DNA of 64,000 nucleotides from Betaproteobacteria bacterium (lineage in GTDB: Bacteria; Pseudomonadota; Gammaproteobacteria; Burkholderiales; WYBJ01): the NCBI GenBank assembly GCA_009377585.1, contig WHTS01000003.1, forward strand, positions 10,015 to 74,014. Reading direction: 5' to 3'. A program made the position numbers and the translations under genes. The notes beneath the pieces were generated by a model. The model had not been told where the DNA came from. It saw only the letters and a program-made list of their open reading frames with translations, and made no database searches. Positions 1-9,495 of the stretch are shown here, in pieces. The number at the start of each line of letters is the position of its first letter. The stretch's first letter is position 1.

Positions 1-1114
1 TGGTGATGCGCTCGCCACCGCGGACCACCGCACGTACCTCGCGAGCATGCGCCTCGACCACGACCGCGGCCAGCAGGTCATCGCTGTCCGGAAAATCCTG
101 CAGCACGTCTTCGGCCACGTCATCGCTTGCGCCTGCCGGCAGGTCGACGAAGGCTTCCGGACCGCGGTAGCCATGACGCCGATCGTAGGCCAGGACGCCG
201 GCGCGAACCGCCTCGTAGGCTGCGCGCTGATGCCGGCTGTCGAGGGTCGTGTAGACCCGATAACCGCGGTGGTAGGCCTCTTCCTGGTAACGGTCGTACA
301 TCGCCTGACGAATCATTTCGGCGAAATGGTCCGCGTGCAGCGCGTATTCCCGTAGCACCCCCGTGATGGCGAGTTGCTGGGCCAATGCTGCCTGGTACTG
401 GGCATCGGTGATGTCGCCCAGATCGCGCATCCGCCCCAGCACGTAATGCTGGCGGGCAGTGGCGCGTTTCAAGTTCGCCACCGGGTTGAAACGCGACGGC
501 GCCTTGGGCAGTCCGGCCAGCATGGCCATTTCGGCGATGCTCAGGTTCTCGAGCGATTTGCCGAAGTAGATGCGGGCGGCAGCAGCGAAGCCGAACGCGC
601 GCTGGCCGAGGAAAATCTGGTTGATGTACAGCTGCAGGATCTGGTCCTTGCTGAGGCTGTGCTCGATCTTGAAGGCGAGCAGCATCTCGTTGAATTTACG
701 ACTGAAAGTCTTTTCCCTGGAGAGGAAGAAATTGCGCGCGACCTGCATCGTGATGGTGCTGGCGCCCTGCTTCACCCCGCCGGAGGTGAAGTTCGACCAC
801 GCCGCCCGGGCCACGCCGACATAGTCGACGCCGCCATGCATGTAGAAGCGCTCGTCCTCGGCCGCCACGATCGCCCGCTTCATCATTTCGGGCACGTCTT
901 CGATGCGCACCAGCGCGCGCCGTTCCTCCCCGAACTCCCCGATCAGCACGCCGTCGGCCGTAAACACCTGCAGCGGGATCTTGGGCCGATAGTCGGTCAG
1001 GGCTTCCAGCGACGGCAACGTCGGGTAGACCAGGATGACCGCGAAGGTCAGCAGCAGCGCGGCCGCCAAGGGTACGGCGAGAAAAACGAACAGGATGGTC
1101 AGCGCGCGGCGCAT
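1..1114 (-). CDS. mrcA: Penicillin-binding protein 1A (class A PBP), N-terminal glycosyltransferase part; the gene runs off the window start
   Basis: Own reverse translation from ATG at 1114-1112: MRRALTILFVFLAVPLAAAALLL (TM anchor) ...AAEDERFYMHGGVDYVG...GASTITMQVARNFFLS...KDQILQLYINQIFLGQRAFG..., which are GT51 transglycosylase motifs. Divergent from pilM, as in other pilMNOPQ loci. Absent from the ORF track because there is no stop inside the window. Confidence 0.85.
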   Translation of the reverse strand, partial: MRRALTILFVFLAVPLAAALLLTFAVILVYPTLPSLEALTDYRPKIPLQVFTADGVLIGEFGEERRALVRIEDVPEMMKRAIVAAEDERFYMHGGVDYVGVARAAWSNFTSGGVKQGASTITMQVARNFFLSREKTFSRKFNEMLLAFKIEHSLSKDQILQLYINQIFLGQRAFGFAAAARIYFGKSLENLSIAEMAMLAGLPKAPSRFNPVANLKRATARQHYVLGRMRDLGDITDAQYQAALAQQLAITGVLREYALHADHFAEMIRQAMYDRYQEEAYHRGYRVYTTLDSRHQRAAYEAVRAGVLAYDRRHGYRGPEAFVDLPAGASDDVAEDVLQDFPDSDDLLAAVVVEAHAREVRAVVRGGERIT

Positions 1115-1305
1115 GTGAGAGCTGAATCCTTGAATGACGGACAGATGCGTGAGACGCTATGCGAGCGCAAAAGTGCAACCGGCGGACAGGCACATACACC
1201 TTGTTGCAAAAAGCCGACACGATTATAAGCGGCCGGAAACCCTCGGTATTATTGCTTTACTCTCAAATCGGTTGTTGCTAGGATTTCATGTAAATTATAC
1301 GTAAA

Positions 1306-2439
1306 GTGGCTAACTTGCCAACGTTCAAGGGAAAATCGGGTTTCGACCTGAGCTTTCTGGGGGGACTCTTCAAGGTGAAGACACCTCCGGTAATCGGGTG
1401 CGACATCAGCTCGTCCTCGGTCAAGCTGGTCGAGATCGCCGATGCGGGCAAGAACGTCCTGCGCATCGAGCGCTACGCCATCGAACCGCTGCCGCGCGAT
1501 TCGGTGGTCGACGGCAACATCCAGAACCTCGACGCGGTGGCCGATTCGCTCAAACGGGGTTACAAGCGTGCTGGTTTCGGGATCAAGAATCTCGCCATGG
1601 CACTGCCCACCTCGGCCGTGATCACCAAGAAGATCATCGTGCCCGCGGGCCAGCAGGACGACGAGTTGGAGCTCACCGTCGAAACGGAAGCGAACCAGTA
1701 CATCCCGTTCTCGCTCGATGAAGTCAACCTCGACTTCCAGGTTCTGGGGCCCGCAGCCAACAGTCCCGACGATGTCGAAGTGCTGATCGCGGCCTCGCGC
1801 AAGGAGAAGGTCGAGGATCGACAGGCGGTCGCCGAGGCCGCGGGCCTGGGCCTGAAGACGGTGGTGATGGACGTCGAGTCGTACGCGACCCAGACCGCGT
1901 TCGAGCTGATCGAGCGCAGCTTTCCGCAGCAGGGCAAGGACCAGAATGTCGCCGTGTTCGACGTCGGCTCCAACCTCATGACCTTGAGCGTCATGCGCAA
2001 CGGCCAGTCGGTCTATGCGCGCGAGCAGCCGTTCGGCGGCAATCAGCTCACGCTGGACATCCAGCGGGTGTTCGGGCTCACACCCGAAGAAGCGGAGGCG
2101 GCCAAGCGCACCACCGGGCAATTGCCCGAGAACTACGAATCCGAGGTGCTCACCCCGTTCATCGACACCCTGAGCCTCGAAGTCGCGCGCTCGCTGCAAT
2201 TCTTCTTCGCCTCCACCCAGTTCAACCAGATGCACCATATCGTGCTCGCCGGCGGTTGCGCCTCGATCCCCGGAATCGATGAGGCGGTGGCCAAGCGCAC
2301 GCAAGTGAATACGCTCGTGGCGAACCCGTTCACCGGCATGCAGTTGTCCGGCAAGGTGCGTCCGCGCAATCTCCAAACCGATGCACCGGCGCTCATGGTG
2401 GCGTGCGGGCTGGCCATGCGCAGGTTCGATCCGTCATGA
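1306..2439 (+). CDS. pilM: Type IV pilus assembly ATPase-like protein PilM
   Basis: Track ORF of 377 aa. The N-terminus ...VIGCDISSSSVKLVEI... and the actin-like fold pattern are typical of PilM. First gene of a pilMNOPQ block. The GTG start at 1306 is uncertain. Confidence 0.9.
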   Translation: MANLPTFKGKSGFDLSFLGGLFKVKTPPVIGCDISSSSVKLVEIADAGKNVLRIERYAIEPLPRDSVVDGNIQNLDAVADSLKRGYKRAGFGIKNLAMALPTSAVITKKIIVPAGQQDDELELTVETEANQYIPFSLDEVNLDFQVLGPAANSPDDVEVLIAASRKEKVEDRQAVAEAAGLGLKTVVMDVESYATQTAFELIERSFPQQGKDQNVAVFDVGSNLMTLSVMRNGQSVYAREQPFGGNQLTLDIQRVFGLTPEEAEAAKRTTGQLPENYESEVLTPFIDTLSLEVARSLQFFFASTQFNQMHHIVLAGGCASIPGIDEAVAKRTQVNTLVANPFTGMQLSGKVRPRNLQTDAPALMVACGLAMRRFDPS

Positions 2440-3083
2440 TCCGCATCAATCTGCTGCCGCATCGGGCGCTGAAGCGAAAGGCGCTGCAGCGCCAGTTCTT
2501 CGTCATCGCCGCGGCGGTTGCGCTGTTCGGCGCCGGCATCTGGTTCGTCGTGCACAGCCTGTTCGCCGACCGCATCGAAGACCAGTTGGCACGCAACCAG
2601 TACCTCGAGCAAAAGATCGTCGAGCTCGACAAGCAGATCGCCGAAATCCAGAAGCTGCGCGAACAGACTGCACAGTTGTTGGCGCGCAAGAAAGTGGTCG
2701 AATCCCTTCAAGCAAACCGGGCCGAGGCCGTCCATCTGCTCGACGAGCTGGTGCGCCAGCTCCCCGACGGGGTGTACCTCAAGGCGGTGAAGCAAACCGG
2801 ACAGCGGGTGGCGATCAACGGCTACGCCCAATCCAACGCGCGCGTCTCGACGCTCATGCGTAACCTCGAGTCCTCTCCGTGGCTGGAGCAGGCCTCGCTG
2901 GTAGAGATCAAGACAGCGCTGCAGAACAACCAGCGTCTGTCCGAATTCCAGCTCAACGTGAACCTGGCCCGGGCTCAGGCCGACGACGGCAAGTCGGGCG
3001 GCAAGCCGGCTCGAACCGGACGCCTGGATCCAGCAAGCACACCGCTACGCACTTCGGCTGCCGTCGCCTCCGTAGGCGGCTGA
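2436..3083 (+). CDS. pilN: Type IV pilus assembly protein PilN
   Basis: Frame of track ORF 2403..3083. ATG at 2436 overlaps the pilM stop (ATGA). Starts MIRINLLPHR followed by a TM segment, the classic PilN N-terminus. Confidence 0.85.
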   Translation: MIRINLLPHRALKRKALQRQFFVIAAAVALFGAGIWFVVHSLFADRIEDQLARNQYLEQKIVELDKQIAEIQKLREQTAQLLARKKVVESLQANRAEAVHLLDELVRQLPDGVYLKAVKQTGQRVAINGYAQSNARVSTLMRNLESSPWLEQASLVEIKTALQNNQRLSEFQLNVNLARAQADDGKSGGKPARTGRLDPASTPLRTSAAVASVGG

Positions 3084-3105
3084 CTCTCCTGATCTAGGTG
3101 CCCGC

Positions 3106-3735
3106 ATGACGCTGGACGACCTGAGGCGACTCGACCCCAAAAACATCGGTAACTGGCCGCTCGGGCCGAAGCTCGGCGCGCTGGTGATCCTGCTGTTGCT
3201 GATCGTGTTCCTGAGCTACTGGTTCGATTGGCAGAACCAGATGGAAGAGCTGGATGGCCACCGCAGCAAGGAAGCGCAGCTGCGCCAGACCTTCCTCGAC
3301 AAGAAGAAGCAGGCGATCAATCTGGAGGCCTACCGCAAGCAGCTCGGCGACATCGAAAAGTCCTTCGGCGCGCTGCTCAAGCAGCTTCCGAGCAAGTCCG
3401 AGATGGATGCATTGCTGACCGACATCAACCAGGCCGGCCTGGGACGAGGGCTGCAATTCGAGCTCTTCAAGCCCGCCGCGGCCGAGACGATGTCCGAGTT
3501 CTATGCGGAACTGCCCATCCAGCTGCGGATCACCGGCAGCTATCACGATTTCGGCGCGTTCGCGACCGACATCTCGCGCCTGTCCCGAATCGTGACGCTG
3601 AACGACATCGGCATGACGGCGGGCAAGGACGGCCAGCTCATCATGGATGCGGTGGCCAAGACCTACCGCTATCTCGACGAAGAAGAAGTGGCTCGACAGC
3701 GCAAGGCCGCCAAGGCCCAGGCGAAAGGCAGATGA
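3106..3735 (+). CDS. pilO: Type IV pilus assembly protein PilO
   Basis: Track ORF of 209 aa with an N-terminal TM helix and a coiled-coil region. Third position in pilMNOPQ. Confidence 0.8.
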   Translation: MTLDDLRRLDPKNIGNWPLGPKLGALVILLLLIVFLSYWFDWQNQMEELDGHRSKEAQLRQTFLDKKKQAINLEAYRKQLGDIEKSFGALLKQLPSKSEMDALLTDINQAGLGRGLQFELFKPAAAETMSEFYAELPIQLRITGSYHDFGAFATDISRLSRIVTLNDIGMTAGKDGQLIMDAVAKTYRYLDEEEVARQRKAAKAQAKGR

Positions 3736-4271
3736 TGGGCGCACGCACCGCAATCGTGTTGGCCGCCGTGCTGCTGGCAGGATGCGCCGGCGAGGAGATG
3801 CGGGAGCTCGAGGCCTGGGTCAAGGATCAGGACAACATGCCGCGGCCGCGCATCGAGCCGCTGCCCGAGGTGAAGCCGTTCGAGGCGTTCGCGTACATGG
3901 CGGACAAGGACGGGCTGCTCGATCCGTTCCGTCCGCGCAAGATCGAAGCGCCCAAGCAAACAGCCGGCAGCAACATCCAGCCGGATCTCAATCGCCCGCG
4001 CGAACCGCTGGAAGCTTACCCGCTCGAAAACCTCCGCATGGTCGGAACGCTGGCACAGAAGCGCGAAGTCTTCGCCTTGATCAAGACACCCGACAACAAT
4101 CTTTTCCGAGTCAAGAAAGGCAACTACCTCGGCCAGAATTTCGGCGTGATCACCGAGATCGACGAGGGCAGCGTCAAGCTCAGGGAAATCGTGCAGGACG
4201 GCGTCGGCGACTGGACCGAGCGCGCCAGCACCCTGCAATTGCAGGAAGAACAGGAGGTCGCGAGGAAATGA
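3732..4271 (+). CDS. pilP: Type IV pilus assembly lipoprotein PilP
   Basis: Frame of track ORF 3228..4271. ATG at 3732 overlaps the pilO stop. Lipoprotein signal MMGARTAIVLAAVLLAGC. Fourth position in the operon. Confidence 0.8.
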   Translation: MMGARTAIVLAAVLLAGCAGEEMRELEAWVKDQDNMPRPRIEPLPEVKPFEAFAYMADKDGLLDPFRPRKIEAPKQTAGSNIQPDLNRPREPLEAYPLENLRMVGTLAQKREVFALIKTPDNNLFRVKKGNYLGQNFGVITEIDEGSVKLREIVQDGVGDWTERASTLQLQEEQEVARK

Positions 4272-6394
4272 ACACGTTCAGCACAATCATCAGGACGTTC
4301 GCGGGCGTGGTCTGCGCGCTGGTGCTTGGGTGGTGGCAGCTGCAGGCTCAAGCGGCCGAAAACAACCGGATCGAAGCGATCGACGTAGCCAGCCAGCAAT
4401 CCGGACAAGTCCTCCTCAAGGTGACGCTGGCCCAGCCGATGGCCAACCCGCCCGCCGGCTTCTCCATCAACAACCCACCCCGCATCGCGCTCGACTTCCC
4501 GAACACCGTCAACGCGCTCGGCCGCAACAGCCAGGATGTGAGCGAAGGCGACCTGCGCAGCCTCAACATCGTGCAGGTGGGCAGCCGCACGCGCCTCGTG
4601 CTCAATCTGAGCCGCGCGCTGAGTTTCGAAACCAAGGTCGAAGGCAAGGACCTGCTGGTCACGCTGCAAACCGCTCCGACCGCCGCGGCCTCGGGCTCGG
4701 TTTCGCATTTCGCGGAATCCAAGCCGGGCACGCAAAAGCACAGCGTGCGCGACATCGACTTCCGCCGCGGAGCCGCGGGCGAGGGACGCGTGGTGATCGA
4801 TTTGTCGGACAATGCCACCGGCATCGATCTGCGCACCCAGGGGCGTCAGATCGTGATCGATCTGCTGCAGACCTCGCTGCCGAAGAACCTTGAGCGGCGC
4901 TTGAACGTCATCGACTTCGCCACCCCGGTGCAGACCGTGGAGGCGTTTCGCCAGGGCGACAACACCCGCATCGTGATCGAGCCCAAGGGCGAGTGGGAAC
5001 ACGCCGCGTATCAAACCGACTCGCGCTTCATTCTCGAAGTGAAGCCGGTGGTCGGCGATCCGAACCGGCTGGTGCAAAGCGGCCGCTACACGGGCGAAAA
5101 GCTCTCGCTCAATTTTCAGAACGTCGAGGTGCGCGCGGTGCTGCAGGTGATCGCGGACTTCACCGGGCTCAACATCATCACCAGCGACACCGTCGGCGGC
5201 AACCTCACCTTGCGGCTGAAGGACGTGCCCTGGGACCAGGCGCTGGACATCATCCTGCAGAGCAAGGGCCTGGACATGCGCAAGACCGGCAACGTGGTCT
5301 GGATCGCGCCGCGCGACGAGCTCGCCACCAAGGAGAAGCTCGCGCTCGAGGCACGCCAGCAGATCGCCGACCTGGAGCCCACGCGCACCGAGAGCTTCCA
5401 GCTGAATTACCAGAAGGCCGAGGACTTCCGCAAGCTGCTGACCGAAAAGGAACAGCGCATTCTCTCCCGGCGTGGCAGCGCGGTGGTCGATCCGCGCACC
5501 AACACGGTGTTCGTCCAGGACACGCCGTCGAAGCTGGAGGAAGTGCGCCGGCTGCTGCGCCAGGTCGATATCGCCGTGCGCCAGGTGATGATCGAGGCGC
5601 GGGTGGTGGAGGCGTCCGACCGATTCAGCCGCAACCTGGGCGTGCGCCTGGGATTTAATAACCTGCAGAACCCCAACACGGGCGTGACCGGCACCACCAT
5701 CGCGGGCTCGCAGGTCCGCGGCACGGTCGGTGGACAGTTGAACCATACGGGCTTTGTCACCGGTCAGGTCGAAACCCAGTCGACGTTCGACCAGTCGCTC
5801 GGCGTGAATCTGCCTGCGCCGACGATCAACGGGGTCAATCCGGGGGTCTTCTCCGTCATCCTTTTCAACCAGGGGCTGACCCGATTCCTCAACCTCGAGA
5901 TCTCGGCGCTGCAGGCAGACGGCCGCGGCAAGGTGATCTCCAGCCCGCGCGTCATTACCGCGGACAAGGTCGAGGCCATCATCGAGCAGGGAACCGAGAT
6001 CCCGTACCAGCAGGCCACGTCGAGCGGCGCGACCAGCATCGCGTTCAAGAAGGCCACCCTGTCGCTCAAGGTGAAGCCGCAGATCACGCCGGACGATCGA
6101 GTCATCATGAATCTCGCGGTCCACAAGGACACGCGCGGAACCGATACCCCGGCGGGTCCCTCCATCGACACCAAGCAGATTACGACCGAAGTCCTGGTGG
6201 ACAACGGGGGCACCGTCGTGATCGGCGGCATCTACGAGCAGGCCCAGAGCAATACCACCAACAAGATCCCCGTGCTGGGCGACCTGCCCTACGTCGGCTT
6301 CCTGTTCAAGCAGAACCTGAAGCTCGACGACAAGAGCGAACTGCTAGTCTTCATCACGCCGCGGATCCTGAAGGAAAGCCTGACGCTGCGTTAG
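4268..6394 (+). CDS. pilQ: Type IV pilus secretin PilQ
   Basis: Frame of track ORF 3647..6394. ATG at 4268 overlaps the pilP stop (ATGA). Signal peptide, then a secretin C-domain (...GKVISSPRVITADKVEAIIEQGTEIPY..., ...IPVLGDLPYVGFLFK...LLVFITPRIL). Confidence 0.92.
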   Translation: MNTFSTIIRTFAGVVCALVLGWWQLQAQAAENNRIEAIDVASQQSGQVLLKVTLAQPMANPPAGFSINNPPRIALDFPNTVNALGRNSQDVSEGDLRSLNIVQVGSRTRLVLNLSRALSFETKVEGKDLLVTLQTAPTAAASGSVSHFAESKPGTQKHSVRDIDFRRGAAGEGRVVIDLSDNATGIDLRTQGRQIVIDLLQTSLPKNLERRLNVIDFATPVQTVEAFRQGDNTRIVIEPKGEWEHAAYQTDSRFILEVKPVVGDPNRLVQSGRYTGEKLSLNFQNVEVRAVLQVIADFTGLNIITSDTVGGNLTLRLKDVPWDQALDIILQSKGLDMRKTGNVVWIAPRDELATKEKLALEARQQIADLEPTRTESFQLNYQKAEDFRKLLTEKEQRILSRRGSAVVDPRTNTVFVQDTPSKLEEVRRLLRQVDIAVRQVMIEARVVEASDRFSRNLGVRLGFNNLQNPNTGVTGTTIAGSQVRGTVGGQLNHTGFVTGQVETQSTFDQSLGVNLPAPTINGVNPGVFSVILFNQGLTRFLNLEISALQADGRGKVISSPRVITADKVEAIIEQGTEIPYQQATSSGATSIAFKKATLSLKVKPQITPDDRVIMNLAVHKDTRGTDTPAGPSIDTKQITTEVLVDNGGTVVIGGIYEQAQSNTTNKIPVLGDLPYVGFLFKQNLKLDDKSELLVFITPRILKESLTLR

Positions 6395-6416
6395 GCGCTC
6401 CGATCCCGCGCGCTTC

Positions 6417-6446
6417 GGGGAGGCCTTGGCCTCCCCGTTTGCTTTC
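6417..6446 (+). terminator. Rho-independent terminator after pilQ
   Basis: GGGGAGGCC-TT-GGCCTCCCC perfect 9-bp stem followed by GTTTGCTTTC, 23 nt after the pilQ stop. Confidence 0.65.
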
Positions 6447-6501
6447 TGGCGCGCGTCCGCGGCGCCGTCTCCGGGCCGACAATCGCGCCGATGTTCCGCG
6501 C

Positions 6502-6507
6502 TAGAAT
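6502..6507 (+). promoter_or_regulatory. Candidate -10 hexamer (TAGAAT) for aroK-aroB
   Basis: GCTAGAAT lies between the pilQ terminator and the aroK ATG at 6515. The same TAGAAT hexamer is the -10 of the much better atp promoter in this window. The -35 is weak (CGACAA with a 19-nt spacer). Motif-only call. Confidence 0.25.
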
Positions 6508-6514
6508 GGCTTGT

Positions 6515-7126
6515 ATGACGACCGCTCCGACGCCGCCCGAAGCCACATCCGGGTTTCACGGCAACATCTATCTCGTTGGCCTGATGGGCGCCGGCAAGAC
6601 TTCGGTCGGCCGAGTTCTGGCGAAGCGGTTGCGCAAGGTCTTCGCCGACTCCGATCACGAGATCGAGAGCCGCACCGGCGTGCGCATCCCGGTGATCTTC
6701 GAGATCGAAGGCGAGGCCGGGTTCCGGCGGCGCGAATCCGCCGTCATCCGCGAGCTGGCCGGTCAGCACGACCTCGTGCTCGCGACCGGGGGCGGGGTGG
6801 TGCTGGATCCGGAAAACCGCCGTCTGCTGCACGCGACCGGCACCGTGGTGTATCTGCGCGCCGCGCCGACCGAGCTGTGGCTGCGCACCCGTCACGATCG
6901 CAACCGCCCGCTGCTGCGGACTTCCGATCCGCTCGCTCGCCTCGAGGAGTTGCATCGCGACCGCGATCCGCTCTATCGCGAGACCGCGCACCTGATCGTG
7001 GATACCGGCAACCAGGCGATACGCACCCTGGTCGGGCGCCTGGAACGCGAGTTGCACGCCCGCACGCCGGCGGATCCTGACCCCCAAGGCGCGCCCCTTC
7101 TGTCACACTCGGGACAAACGCTTTGA
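6515..7126 (+). CDS. aroK: Shikimate kinase
   Basis: Frame of track ORF 6491..7126. Walker A ...[16 protein letters not shown]... Followed by aroB as usual. The start is either ATG 6515 or ATG 6491 and is unresolved. Confidence 0.9.
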   Translation: MTTAPTPPEATSGFHGNIYLVGLMGAGKTSVGRVLAKRLRKVFADSDHEIESRTGVRIPVIFEIEGEAGFRRRESAVIRELAGQHDLVLATGGGVVLDPENRRLLHATGTVVYLRAAPTELWLRTRHDRNRPLLRTSDPLARLEELHRDRDPLYRETAHLIVDTGNQAIRTLVGRLERELHARTPADPDPQGAPLLSHSGQTL

Positions 7127-8232
7127 ACGACGCGCCCGCGGCCATCGTTTCGCTCACCGTCTCGCTGGCCGATCGCAGCTATCCGATCCGGATCGGCGAC
7201 GGATTGCTCGCGCAGGCCGAGCTCGTGGTTCCCTACCTGGAACAGAAACGGGTTGCGGTGGTTACCAATTCCACCGTCGCCCCGCTCTACCTCGCACGCC
7301 TGGTCGACGGCCTGAAGCGCGCCGGCGTCAGCGCGCTCGAGATCGTACTTCCCGACGGCGAGCAGCACAAGAACTGGCAGACGCTCAATCGGGTGTTCGA
7401 CGCGCTGCTCGAGGCACGCTGCGAACGCGGCACCACGCTGATCGCGCTCGGCGGCGGCGTGGTCGGCGACATCGGCGGCTTTGCCGCCGCCGTCTACCAG
7501 CGCGGAATGCCCTTCATCCAGATACCGACCACGCTGCTCGCGCTGGTGGATTCGTCGGTCGGCGGCAAGACCGCGATCAACCACCCGCTGGGCAAGAACA
7601 TGATCGGGGCGTTCTACCAGCCGAAGCTGGTGCTCGCCGATATCGCCACCCTCGACACCTTGCCGGATCGGGAGCTGTCCGCGGGGCTTGCCGAGATCGT
7701 GAAATACGGGCTCATCCGCGATGCAGCCTTCCTCGACTGGCTGGAAGCGAACATGGCGCGATTGCGTCGCCGCGACCGCGAAGCGATCACTCACGCCGTC
7801 GTGCGTTCCTGCGAGCACAAGGCCGAAGTCGTGGCGGCGGACGAGCGCGAAAGCGGCGAACGCGCGCTGCTCAACCTCGGCCACACCTTCGGCCATGCCA
7901 TCGAGTCGGGCCTCGGTTACGGCGAATGGCTGCACGGCGAGGCGGTCGCGGCCGGCATGGTGCTTGCGGCCGAGCTCTCGGCCCGCATGGGATGGTTGTC
8001 GCGCGCGGACATTGAGCGCACGCGCCGGCTACTGCAGGCGGCGGGGCTGCCGACCATGGCGCCGCGCTTGCCGGCCGAGCGCTACCTGGAGCTCATGGGC
8101 CACGACAAGAAAGTTCAGGCCGGGCGCCTGCGTCTGGTGCTGCTGCGCCGCCTGGGCGAAGCCTTCGTGAGCGCCGATTTTTTGCACGAGAAACTCCTTG
8201 AGGTCCTCGAAACCTGCACGGGCGATGGCTGA
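7123..8232 (+). CDS. aroB: 3-dehydroquinate synthase
   Basis: Track ORF of 369 aa with ...[11 protein letters not shown]..., ...[14 protein letters not shown]..., ...[12 protein letters not shown]... motifs. The TTG start overlaps the aroK stop. Confidence 0.92.
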   Translation: MNDAPAAIVSLTVSLADRSYPIRIGDGLLAQAELVVPYLEQKRVAVVTNSTVAPLYLARLVDGLKRAGVSALEIVLPDGEQHKNWQTLNRVFDALLEARCERGTTLIALGGGVVGDIGGFAAAVYQRGMPFIQIPTTLLALVDSSVGGKTAINHPLGKNMIGAFYQPKLVLADIATLDTLPDRELSAGLAEIVKYGLIRDAAFLDWLEANMARLRRRDREAITHAVVRSCEHKAEVVAADERESGERALLNLGHTFGHAIESGLGYGEWLHGEAVAAGMVLAAELSARMGWLSRADIERTRRLLQAAGLPTMAPRLPAERYLELMGHDKKVQAGRLRLVLLRRLGEAFVSADFLHEKLLEVLETCTGDG

Positions 8233-9349
8233 TACCGCGCCGTACGCCGCCCGGCCCGAGGGCAGCAAGGGCCGCCGTTTCGCCGAGGATCCGCCGCAGG
8301 GGCGCAACGAATTCCAGCGCGACCGGGATCGCATCGTCCATTCCACCGCGTTTCGGCGGCTGGAGTACAAGACGCAGGTGTTCGTCAATCACGAAGGCGA
8401 CCTGTACCGGACCCGGCTCACGCACAGTCTGGAAGTCGCGCAGATCGCCCGCGCCGTCGCCCGGGGCTTGCACCTGGACGAGGATCTCACCGAGGCGATC
8501 GCGCTCGCGCACGATCTCGGCCATACCCCGTTCGGCCATGCCGGGCAGGATGCGCTGCACGCCTGCATGCGCGGTCATGGCGGCTTCGAACACAACCTGC
8601 AATCGCTGCGAGTGGTGGATCTGCTGGAGACACGCTACGCCGCCTTCGACGGCCTTAACCTGAGCTTCGAAACCCGCGAAGGGGTCCTCAAACATTGCTC
8701 GGCCGCCAATGCGCGCAGGCTCGGCGAGCTGGGCGAGCGTTTCCTGCGCAAGCGCCAGCCTTCGCTGGAGGCCCAGCTTGCCAATCTCGCCGACGAGATC
8801 GCGTACAACAATCACGACATCGACGATGGGCTGCGCTCGGGCCTGCTCACGCTCGAGCAGCTGCGCGAAGTGCGCGCCTTCGCGCGCCATCTGGCCGAGG
8901 TCCAGGCGCGCTATCCGGGGCTCGCCGACCGGCGCCTGATCCACGAGACCATCCGGCGCATGATCGACGCGCTCATTACCGATCTCTCCCGCACCAGCGC
9001 CGAAAACATCCGTCGGGCCGGCGTGCAGTCCCTCGACGAGGTCCGGCGCGCCCCGGCGCTCGTCCGCTTCGGCGCCGAAATGGCGGCCGAACAGCAGGAC
9101 TTGAAGCGCTTCCTGCGGCACAACCTGTACCAGCATTTCCTGGTTGCGCGCATGGCCCACAAAGCGCGGCGTATCGTCTCCGAGCTTTTCGGCGCCTTCC
9201 GGGCCGATCCGAAGATGCTGCCGCCTCAGCATCGCGCAGCGGCCGAGCGCGATTCCCTGGAGCGGGCGATCGCCGACTACATTGCCGGAATGACCGACCG
9301 CTACGCCATCCGCGAGCACCGGCGCCTGTTCGCCGTCGAGACGGCCTGA
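8225..9349 (+). CDS. dgt: dGTP triphosphohydrolase-like HD-domain protein
   Basis: Frame of track ORF 8198..9349. ATG at 8225 overlaps the aroB end. Motifs ...[24 protein letters not shown]...[11 protein letters not shown]...[11 protein letters not shown]... Confidence 0.85.
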   Translation: MADTAPYAARPEGSKGRRFAEDPPQGRNEFQRDRDRIVHSTAFRRLEYKTQVFVNHEGDLYRTRLTHSLEVAQIARAVARGLHLDEDLTEAIALAHDLGHTPFGHAGQDALHACMRGHGGFEHNLQSLRVVDLLETRYAAFDGLNLSFETREGVLKHCSAANARRLGELGERFLRKRQPSLEAQLANLADEIAYNNHDIDDGLRSGLLTLEQLREVRAFARHLAEVQARYPGLADRRLIHETIRRMIDALITDLSRTSAENIRRAGVQSLDEVRRAPALVRFGAEMAAEQQDLKRFLRHNLYQHFLVARMAHKARRIVSELFGAFRADPKMLPPQHRAAAERDSLERAIADYIAGMTDRYAIREHRRLFAVETA

Positions 9350-9495
9350 GCCTGCCCGGTACGGGTCCCGGCCCGGACCATGACCGCACCGCCTGATGCG
9401 TTGTCGCGGCTACCACGGCGCGGTACACTTTCCTGCTTACCTTCGCAATGGTGCGGCGCGGGACGAACTTCCCGAGCCGCTGCAGGAGACGTACC

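Noticed and set aside
3647-4267. Apparent long N-terminal extensions of real genes in the track: pilQ as 915 aa, atpA as 858 aa (31764..34340), parB as 476 aa (35980..37410), hemE as 508 aa (15303..16829), pilP as 347 aa (3228..4271), rnpA as 175 aa
   Set aside because: The extensions run through the upstream genes in another frame and are Arg/Pro/Gly-rich. Conserved N-termini, signal peptides and ATGA/GTGA stop-start overlaps identify the internal starts used in the feature list.
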